Positions 53,775-64,000 of a stretch of 64,000 bases of DNA are shown piece by piece. Numbering within the stretch: the stretch's first letter is position 1; every line of letters begins with the position of its first letter. The translations under genes and the position numbers were made by a program. The stretch comes from Yuukianura sp. NJ FZ-2021 (Eukaryota): assembly GCA_046563655.1 (NCBI GenBank), contig CM102286.1:7874001-7938000 (forward strand), in the 5' to 3' direction. The notes below the pieces were generated by a model, which was not told where the DNA came from, did not search any database, and worked only from the letters and a program-made list of their open reading frames with translations.

Positions 53775-55160
53775 GACAAGCGGAACTAATGTCTATAATA
53801 TATACGTTCAGTTTAAGCCGATTATGACGCTTCTCCAGACTTTATGTGCTGCATTTTTACTTTCAATTTCTAGTACGAAATAAAAACCAAATTTTTACAT
53901 CCATCTTAATTTCCGTTGTTTTCAGCAAATCGTTTAAATTAAAAGATAGCTCTCCTTGGCAACCAAGAACTGGCGGATGAGTATAATGAGCTGGCCTCGG
54001 ACGCGGTTATGTAATTGCCAACAACGTCAGGCGTCATTCTCGTAAATAGGTCCAATCTTGCCAAGTCAGCATTTGCAGTTTTACCACTTAACTTCCAAAG
54101 TGGTAAAGTGATACGACGCCGCGCGCACCAAGAAGTCTCACGTTATGGGTTGACGGTATTTCGCAGCTTCCGTATTTGTTTACATGCGTCTTCTCATTGA
54201 ATTCAAATCCCAAATCAATCTTATCTAACTTAGCTCCAAAACCGCAAAAACAATGCTGGAATTTACAACTTGAAACCGCATCAATCCCGAGAGGTGTCTT
54301 ATATTATGTCGATACATATAAGTGCACAACGAGTATAAATCTGCATACATTAGTTGAGAGAAGGTTTTTTTTATTGAACTTATTAATTATTTATTAATTA
54401 ATTTAACCAACCTTGGAACGTAGAATTGAATACAAAGCATGGACGGTACATGTATGAATTAACCGAGTATTTTAAACCCACACGAACCATTTCCCTCAAA
54501 CTTTAACCTGAATTTGAAAAGAAACTGTATAGGTAGATATATTCACCATAGAAAGAACATGAATTTGCAACGCCCATTTTTGTTTTATACGTAATCTAAT
54601 CAATTTTTATTTATGTAGGAAATATTGCCATTAGGCTATTTTATTACTTTGAGTAATAAAATAAAAACATGGTGGGTATAAATGGACCTCGTGGGTACAG
54701 TCCGACAACAAAAGTTTACTTCAACGGAAAATTGACTTTCAATACTAAAAGAAGCATTTTCGTCATAAACCAATAACCAACCGTTATCATTATCAAGTCT
54801 ATGTTTACGTTTCCTTATAGAGTGAGTAATAAATTCCACTGATGAGAGAAACCGGTACCGGATGAACCGAGATCTGATCAGTCATTCCGCTCCGGCCGAC
54901 CCCGTGTATGATCTGATCTCCTTCTCCTATTCGTCTGTGCATTAATTGAGGGGTTTGGGGTTTCGGAATTGGTGTTCTCCCAACATGAGAGAGAAGAAGT
55001 GGGGAAGCGAAGTGAAAAAAAATGACTGACGTGAAAAGGTCTCTGTCGAGTATAAAAGTGGAATAGTTCCCCTCAAGAAGTTGGACTTTCAAGAAGTCCC
55101 CGTCGCTAGTTCAGAGGTCATACAGCTATTCTTAATTAATTTGACATCAATTTTTCCAAT

Positions 55161-57685
55161 ATGAATGTCACTTCGAGTCAGCAGGCGGTGGTAAGTTCAT
55201 AGTTTTCGGTTTCGGTTAATAGCCTAACCTAGTAGTACTTTAAAATGTCTAGTTTAAAATAAAATGATTATGAAATCATTCCTGTTTTCCTCAGCGTAGC
55301 ACTTTCCTTGCCATTGTTCTGCCATTCCTTGCTCCTTCATTTACATGCTAAATCCAGTTAATTCGAAAACTCTTCTTCATGGGTGTGTAGCGGCAGAATA
55401 GAGGCATGTTGGCATGTAAACGAAACCGATGCATGACTTGGTTAGGTTTTTAAGTTAAAGCATAATTGTTAGGTTTCAGGTTAAGAGAAGTGTTGAAGTA
55501 GGGTTAATCCAACTTGAATAGAAATGACTGCTTATTATAAAACTATGTTTTCAAAGTGTATTTTCTGTATTGTTTAATTTAATGCATTGGGATGCAAAAG
55601 TGATTCTCTTCTCTTCTCATCCTATTTTAGGGAAAAGGAAACAATTCATACCCGTGTGCGACTTCAAGAAAGTGATTTGATTAAACTCATTTCTGTATTA
55701 GAATTTTGGATGTGTCTAAAAACGGCAGTATACATGGAAGCACGCCATTGGTTCAAATGAATTGGTTCAAATGCGAATTGGTTCTAAAAATAATTGGTTC
55801 TAAACACTAGTTGTTTAGGGTATAAGGCTTAAATTAGGTTATGTTAGGTTAGGTTAAGTAAGTTTAGGTTAGTTTACTTATTTTAGGTTATGTTAGGTTA
55901 GGTTTAGGTATCAAAATTAGGTTTTAGAACCAATTATTTTTCGAACCAATTCGTATTTGAACCTATTCATTTGAACCAATGGCATGGAACCGTATACATA
56001 CTACACGGCATTTTTAAAAATAGAACGCAGCGGTATAGCGTTATGTAACTGCAATAATATCTTCACCAGAAATAATATACTACTATAGTTAGCCAACTAT
56101 AATTAAATTTATCGCATTCAGGAGAAATTAACTTCGCTTGTCCTCAGCAGCGCATGCGCGTTCAAGTTGAATTTGTGAGAGCAGCACTCTAAAAGGAACT
56201 CGGAAGCGATAAATTTGAGTTAAATTCTGTTAACTAATATAAATATACGCAGAGCTTCTCAATCCCATCAATTAGCGCCAATTTATGTTTTTAATTAAGA
56301 AACAATTTTAAGGAAGAAATGATTATTCTATTTTAGAAAAAGATCTACCAGAGCGTCATTGACGATGTTGTGACAAACGTCCGGGAAAGCTTTTTGGACG
56401 AAGGAATTGATGAGCAGATTTTGCAGGAGTTGCGAATGATTTGGGAATCGAAGCTTGCAGCTCAGAAAGCGATCGACATTTCGACAGACCAAGGTGCTCA
56501 ACTTCCAGCGCAAAATGCACGCACAACTTCTGCAGTTGGTGGGTTATACTTAAAAGGGTGTTATGTGTTCTTTTCAAGTTTGTTTTCTTTGTTTAGTTAA
56601 TCTCTAACTATTTGTTGTTTCAATTTAGATAACCAATCTCTTACAACTACCGCCGGAGGGAATCATAATAATGCAGTTCCAAGGCATGTGGTTCCCCCGA
56701 CGTCACAGGCACAGCAATCCAATCCCATGATGTCAAATAACTCTAATCCTCCGCCATCTACTCCGCAAGTAATTCGAGGCGATTCGAACTTAGTCCCAAT
56801 TCAAATCACAGTGCCAAGACTTCCCACTGACCCACCAAACATTCAACGCACCATGTCAATCCAAGTGCCCGCTTCATGCATACAATCGAACAAGCTCCAG
56901 GTTCGTTCGATCGTTTCTTCGATTTCTTCGTTATTGACTTGTCTTTAGCGCTAGCGCAAAGATCATCAGCATTGTTCTTTTGTGCTCACCATAGCTTGAA
57001 TATTTTGCAGGAGATTCTGTCTTTACCAGCAATTCAGAGCGTGCTCTCACTTCCCATCGCGGAAGCAGCGGTGGAGCTTCAAAACTATATAAACTTGGTG
57101 CTAAAGAATGACCAGCAGCAGCTTCACTTTCAGAACCAAGGGGGTGCACACTTACGCCAAGGTCCCTTGAATAATATTTTGCAAGCCGATGGGTTGACGG
57201 GTTCAGACGACACGAGCGACGAAGAAGAGGAAGAAGAAGACGATGATGATGATCTGGACGACGACCTGGATTTGGACAAGGACGAGGAAAAGGAGGAGGA
57301 AGAAGATATTGGGCAAGATGAGGTTAGCTTAAAACTAATTCAATTCTTGTTATTGTTTTACCCGGACTATTCTGATGATTGCGAATTTGGTCTAACAGGA
57401 GCCACTTAATTCCGGGGATGACGTTTCGGATGCCGAAGATTCCAATGACAAATTATACGAAGTTGACAATGTCGTGGTCTGTCAGTACGATAAGGTATGA
57501 ATCATCCTTACCCTAATGATGAAACTTCATCTCTTATAAATTCAAAGACATGACCAATTTTTTTTTCTAAAATACAGATCACCCGAACGAGAAACAAGTG
57601 GAAATTCCATTTGAAAGATGGGATCATGAATTTGAACGGGAAAGACTACATATTCCAGAAGGCTAACGGGGACGCCGAGTGGTAA
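55161..57685 (+). CDS. GTF2A1: Transcription initiation factor IIA large subunit (alpha/beta)
   Basis: MNVTSSQQAV spliced to KKIYQSVIDDVVTNVRESFLDEGIDEQILQEL; acidic tract; EPLNSGDDVSD, NVVVCQYDKITRTRNKWKFHLKDGIM...GDAEW*. Confidence 0.93.
55736..55991. mobile_element. MITE (256 bp) with GG..CC ends in TFIIA intron 1
   Basis: ~70-bp imperfect TIRs built of ATTGGTTC repeats; 8-bp TSD GTATACAT (55728-55735, 55992-55999); TTAGG-rich core. Confidence 0.85.
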
Positions 57686-59299
57686 TTGACATTGACTGGG
57701 CATAATTTTTTTAATGGACGATAAACGAAGGACCCGCCAATTTTCCAGCACATGTCCTAGTAGTCTTTGTGGACAGTTTCATAGAAACTTACTAATTGTA
57801 AATGACTAATTTCATTGTTGTTCCTTATTACCTTGCTTCGGGTTGCATTTTGTTGGTGTTAGTAGACAACTGTTGCGGTGCAATAGCAGGCAGATTTACA
57901 TTTAATTGACCTATCGTAATCCTTTTGATTGAATTCAACATTGTTATAACTTAATCAACTTAGATCTTATGTTTAACTTTACGTTGGAGTCTTAAACTCA
58001 GGTGCCTGAAGACTTTTCGGCGTCAATTTAACTTTAGTAGAATTGTATGATTTCTTTCGAAGCTTCTGTAACACGTTAGACTGTAAGAATAAATTGTTAC
58101 ATTTTTAAATTACGATAATTAATTATGAAAATACTGAAGCCTCATCCCGCCATTAGATGAAAAATGAGTTTGTATACCTGTATAATGTTTAACAACCTTC
58201 ATTGCAGCCTCATGGTGCCATCATTTTGGTGGCAACACCATGCCGTTACTTATGTTGCCACTTTAGGTTAGGGTAGACCGGCTACAACAGTTGCCACTCA
58301 TGTGTAGCCTTTGTCGCACCACACGCGATGGTTAGAGTGGCTACATTGTGCGACGATAATTACTAGATTTATGTCGTACATTTTTCGCCTCTCTAGCACG
58401 ATCCAACCATCTCGGCGAAATTTTGGTACGTGACGGTAGTATACTCATCTTTTATACAAACAGAAAAAAAAATAGCTAAACTAATTTATTCTATTAATAC
58501 GACATTTTTGTTTTCTTTTTGCAGAATCAACAAAAACCTTTATATGCTAGCAAACTAACACAGCGTGGGCGGATGTTTTTATGATGCTGCGGAGGCGCCA
58601 AGCCTCAAACATCCCTATGCTGAATGACTTGATAAATTCCATTCTTTTTTTCTGGAGAGTCCCACATTGAAAGGCGTCTGGTGTTGTTGATGTCATGCGG
58701 GGATAAAACCGCGAAAAAGCTTCGGATGACGTCGAAAGAGCATCTGAGTACTGGAAGGGGACTGGACGTAAACTGCTGCCTTAACCCCCTCCCCACCACG
58801 ATCTGATCCGCCTACGTCTGAGAACTCCATTCTTCACCTTGTTCTGCTGCTTCGAAGCACTCCAGCGCTTTTTTGAAGCTTGGAAGGAATTTGGGAGTCG
58901 AACAAGGTTTTGGGGTTGAATCAGTCCACCTCCCTTCTTCCTCGTTCACATTCCGCATACAAAGCTGTTGCACTTTCTCCTCTTTGGCGCAAAGGAGAAA
59001 GCATCAAAATTTTAGACAGACGAAACTCGCTTCCAGCGTCACCAAGTTTAGGCAGAAGAAAGTCCGCTGCCAGCGTCACTCTCTGTTCCAGTTTGTGTCG
59101 AGTGTCCGTGAGGAGCAGACAAAAGCCCCTTGTTTCGTGACCCACGGAGTCTCGGGGCCTTCCGCGCTTGCTGTCCAATTTTTAAAAATTCAGCAACTTT
59201 TTGAAATTTTTTGACATTCCCTCTAGCATTCCCTTTTCATCTTTTTTCTCATTCAGGCTTCAAAGCCCACCAATTTTTTTCGAGTGTCGAACTTTCCCA

Positions 59300-62200
59300 A
59301 TGTTAGGGATCAAAATGATTCTTGGAAGCGGGATAGCCTTGACACTTATGCTCGTGACCCTCGGTTCTTCAGCAGTATACTCCATTGACTTGCAACGACT
59401 CTACGAACTCCAGAAGCCAAAGAGAGACAGTAAGTCAACATAAGTTTTGTTCAACTTTTTTGAAATTTTGGAAATTTTGAAAACATAAGATCAAGTCTAT
59501 GCCACGGGGCACAAAAAACTTCATTTTTGAGTCAAGCTTGTTTCAATTTCGCTCGAATCCAATTTTTTTAAAAAGAGTGACGGCAGACCAAAACCGTCAT
59601 GCCTTATTCCAAAATGCTGTTTTAGATTTCTAGACATATGAAATTCAATTAGTTTGGATTCTCTTGAGTCTTTTGTAGCCAAAGAAGAATATTTAAAGAG
59701 GAAAGACAAACATGGCTGGTAGTACAGTAGCCCATTAAATAAATTATGAACCTGTTTGTTTCTCGAGGAGATGAAAATTGAAGAGGGTTCAGACGTAAAG
59801 ATGGCAGAGAGGTATCGAGTTCCTTTCAGGAACGCGTAAATTGGACATCCTTAGCTTTGCACACTTCAGCTTTTCTAAGAAAGTCTTGTGAAAATGAAAA
59901 TTGGAAACTGCTTGAGAGACAAGACAAGTGAGATTTGGTTTTAACGAGATTCGCGAAAAGATGAGATTCTCGTGGCCTTTTATGACTGAGAGTTTTAAGA
60001 TGTAAAAATATTCGGATCCAATTTTCGGGAAAAGCCTTTTAAAACATTTTTAGGTGAAATTCAATCTCCATTTTGAATTTCGCTACTACCATAACCTACT
60101 AACCTCGTCTTTGTCCTTAGGTGATACCTGTCATCCATATAAGCCGTTCAAGTGCCCCGGTGATAATAAATGCATTTCTATTCAGTACCTCTGCGACGGT
60201 GCTCCAGGTAAGCACACAACTTCAACATTTCCATAACTGGACGCTTTTTCCAAACAAACATTTCTATTGACTAATTCTTGAAAAATTTATAAATTTGGGT
60301 CAGTAGAAAGAAATTTTACTAGTACAGAAAAAATTTCAAAAGAAAATTAAACATTACACTGCTGGTTGTTAGTCGTACCGTCCTGTAGTTCTGCGCTTTC
60401 CACAAAATAAGTTAGGATTTTGGAAAAAAAAAAAAGAAATCAAACAACTAGAAAGTTTCCTTCACCCAGTCTTTTAAAGCCGAGAAATTTTTAAAAGTTT
60501 AGTCTTCGTTCGAGCAGTTACTGTAGCGCTTTCAAATTGATTCCGTTGCATGTTCTTCCACTTGAACAAAGGTTAATTGAATTTCAGATTGCCCAGACGG
60601 CTACGATGAAGACTCTCGTCTTTGCACGGCAGGTAAGAAACCACCACTTTTCTCACAGTCGTTTTCATTTTCTAGATTTCTTGAATCTTTCAAAATGACT
60701 AACGATGTTCGTCTCTGTACTTCGGAAGCGAAGAAATGTACTTGGAAATTCTCGAGTTTTGTATTAGTTGTATAGGTCAGTTTTGCAATAAGAAGCGCAT
60801 TGCGTGCACAGTGTTGATTGGTAATATTAATGATCATGGGGCATGGGATCATGGGGTAAGTTTAAAAATCAATCATCGCTGCCTATTTTTCCTGGCAAAT
60901 TAAGATAGGTAGATTTACACAAACTTCAATGCGGATGTGATGCACAGTTTTTTTCTCAAAATCTAACCAAAGGCTTTAAAAATTTAGCTTGATCGAGGAA
61001 GCCTAAAAGTTTCAAATCAAAGTTCACTTCGAAAAGTACGGAACAAAAAACGAATTTCCGTGACAGGTTAATTATTTTACTTCCAAACGCCAAGAGTACG
61101 GAAAGTGGGCCACTACACCGTAGGGAGGGGCCTTAGGAGACTCTTTTGTTCTATGTTTTAAACAACAACAGCATGTTCAATGCTTCTGAAATTCAAAAGT
61201 GACACACGACTGACGTTAGATTTCATATCTCCTGACGTTGAAGAAGAAAAGGCTTATTTCACAGAAATAATTGAACAATGATCGTCAAAATCTGACGCAA
61301 AACGTCAGTTTTTCGCGTGAAAGCGAATAAAAATTTGAACCAAATCTCGAAAATGAAGAGTTAGAAATTAATCATTCGGAGAAATTACTGAGCCGTGTAA
61401 TCGAACGTACGGAAGTCCTTCTGATGATCTTGACGTGACTTGATCATTGCCAAAACGAATGCTGGATTTCCCTTAATGGTTCCACTAGTGTTCTGGAACC
61501 ACCATTCTCATCAATAAAATAAAACCAAAAAATTCCCTCTGTCTCTGTGAATTCATGATCTCCGGATGCACTTTCCATTGGCAGAGTAATATTTGATTCC
61601 ATTTCAAACCTAATCTTGACGTCTTGTGCCATAGAACATCCTTAGGCATCTATACATATCCACTCCCACATTCAATTTGTTTCTGTTTCTACCAAAAAGT
61701 GGAGTAGCGTTAGCGATCCGTTTCCCTCACGGCATCATTTCCAATTTCCTATTTCGGTCGGACTCCCAAAGCCGTTGCATGTCCATGCCCTCTGGAGTAC
61801 CACAAACTACAAAATGCAAAAACGATGTAGTACAACATTCAGTTTTTTCGGTATGAAATACCAATTTTGCTGGAATAGCTCCAAAATGTAACCTAGAAAC
61901 GAAAATCCATCTTTATTCGTGAAATGCTATTTTGCATACGGTGGAAAATGTACGAATAACTTTATATCTACTTTACATCAAATTGAAAGTTGGCTGATGT
62001 TCAAGTCTTTAGAAGTTCTACGCTTCATATTTTCAAAATCTGTTTTAGAAAAAAGCTGTTTTGAAACATAGTATTAAGATAGTATTATCTTAAGGTGTTT
62101 GATTTTACTATTTAGCGTATTAGTTGCATAAGCTTGCTATCCCTAATCTATCAATCTGCCACACGTACAAATATAGTACATCAAGAGATAGTATTTTTTC

Positions 62201-63475
62201 CAAAAGAAAATTGTTGAAAATTTGTCTTTCGGATTTTCTTTTTGTGAAACCGAGGGAATTTAACAGGTCTGGTGAAAAGCAATTTTTTAGCTCCACCACT
62301 CTTTGAAACTGAAATTTTCCCATCGACTTTGGAAAGAGCGATAAGAGATTATTTTTTCGTGAAAGCTTAAGTAGATCTACTAAAGTTTACTTCTTTGTCC
62401 TCAACACCGGAAAATTTTCTGAAAACTTTTGCCTGTGTGTTCAATTTTTCGTTCCTTTCTTTAAAAACTTTTTCCATTCAATCTCTTTCTCGTCTTTGTG
62501 CGCGCTTACATGAAGGGGTATAAATAATAACGTGAAGATTGGAAACCGTTATGCTTTCGATAATTTGTTAAAGTTCTTACTAGTTTATTTCGGGAATTTA
62601 AGGAATACATTGTTGTTTTTTATTTCTGTTGTGTGCGGTTCCATTTTTCTTTAATTACTTTTTGTTCAGCTGACCTTTTGTTTGAAATAATCTTAACAAT
62701 CATGGAGTTCTAGCCTCGTCACCATTACTGCCAGGGCTGTTAATCTAAATTAAATAAGTTCAATTATTTAGAGATTTGGGAAGGAGAAAGCATCTATTTT
62801 CTAGGACTAGCTGAGAAAAAAATTTCCTAGGATAAGAAAATAGCTCTGCTCCCCTCTTTTCACGTCCTTTAGAAATAGCATGAGTAATTCAGTTTTCCAC
62901 ATGACGCAAATCCTTTTCTTAATGAATGAATTAGACACAGCAGGGCCCTCAATTTTCTCTGTCTCAAAAGAAAGTCGGAGAAAACAGGCAGAAAATTAAC
63001 TTCTACACAAAACACTCATTTCGAGCCATATCTGTCAATGCAGCTTGTTAAAGCTGTTCTCTTTTTTCGAGAGAAATTGACTAGAAAATAGGGCAATTCT
63101 TCCCAATGCTCATTGGTCAAGCATACATGATAAAATACACAATGATTGACTACTAAAACTTGAAAACAGTTGATTTGTTAGAGTGCAATTGCTAAATATA
63201 ATTTGAAACATGTTGTTCCGGAGTAATGACGACGTTTGCATTTTCTTCATGTTACAATCCAACCCTTCACAGTTTATAAATTTGTTAATTTGGAATTAAT
63301 TTGTAATGTTGTATTATTTTAGCCAAAAGACCTCCGGTTGAGGAGACGTCTAACTTCCTGCAGTCGCTAATTGCGAGTCATGGACCGAACTACCTGGAGA
63401 AGCTGTTCGGTGCCAAAGCACGGGATGCCTTGGCTCCCTTGGGCGGAGTGGAGAAAGTCGCTATTGCATTATCAG
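59300..63475 (+). CDS. IDLSRF-like peptide / prohormone-4 precursor with LDL-receptor class A domain (3' partial; exons 59300-59429, 60121-60207, 60588-60632, 63323-63475)
   Basis: Signal peptide, IDLQRLYELQKP-KR, CHPYKPFKCPGDNKCISIQYLCDGAPDCPDGYDEDSRLCTA, AKRPPVEETSNFLQSLIASHGPNYLEKLFG. Confidence 0.9.
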
Positions 63476-64000
63476 GTGAGCCAACTTTCACCAAAGTCAC
63501 TTCTAATTTCTACTTTGGAACCCATTTGGTGTCTTTGCTTCTCCTCGTATCTTCCCATAAGGTTTAAAGTCCATCAACTGGAGGACCTGAAGGGAAAGGA
63601 AAGTAACCTAACCCTATAGTTTGATGTACTTCTAACTTAGCGTAACAAGACAAAGGGGAAAGCGTAGTACAAAACTCCATTATCTTCCAGAAATGAATTT
63701 GTTCTTGGAAGAGGCCTGAGTGCCCTATTAATTTCCAAACTTTCACCCCACCTTACGCCCCCGTACTGGAGCACCACCAGATGCTCTCACCATTTCACGA
63801 ACAACGCCTTTCTCTCTCTAATGGTTTTTGATGTTTCTTTTTCAAATCAGAGCCTTTGTCTCTCTTTTTTGAACTTTCTATTTTAATGACGTCTAAAAAA
63901 ACACCATCAAATTGAAAAGCAAAATCGTGTTCGATTCTTTTTATGTGTCTTGTTTTTTGGAACAAAGAGTTCAATAATCTAAATCGAAATGACGGTTTCT

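Noticed and set aside
56943..56960. TAGCGCTA in a TFIIA intron (similar cores near 10060 and 60523)
   Set aside because: Short cores without the extended complementary arms seen in the transposon; compatible with chance.
58605..59214. Overlapping short ORFs upstream of the prohormone gene
   Set aside because: No recognisable motifs; probably promoter or 5' UTR sequence.

Overview
Gene-dense eukaryotic DNA with short GT-AG introns, very probably from an arthropod (inferred from gene content such as the IDLSRF-like prohormone; the species cannot be determined). Host genes, left to right: EXOSC4 (-) head-to-head with OPLAH (+), a large C2H2 zinc-finger gene (-), then after a 22-kb transposon cluster a CCDC170-like gene (-), DCAF8-like (-), ABCC5-like transporter (+), SLC9B/NHA antiporter (-), TFIIA large subunit (+) and an IDLSRF-like prohormone (+, runs off the window). 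The cluster (14.1-35.9 kb) holds a 10.5-kb TA-flanked TIR element filled with two related ~163/165-bp satellite arrays in inverted orientation, two pogo-like non-autonomous elements, and the main discovery: an apparently intact 8,481-bp IS3EU-like DNA transposon (27407-35887; ~0.5-kb TIRs, 6-bp TSD). This element encodes a spliced IS3/integrase-type DD34E transposase plus two different putative E3 ubiquitin ligases (a HECT protein and a zinc-knuckle/coiled-coil/RING protein). It also carries 14 perfect 14-16-bp GCGC-centred palindromes with variable but self-complementary arms, one in most of its introns. Exon coordinates were derived by hand from splice signals and reading frame; no database searches were run.
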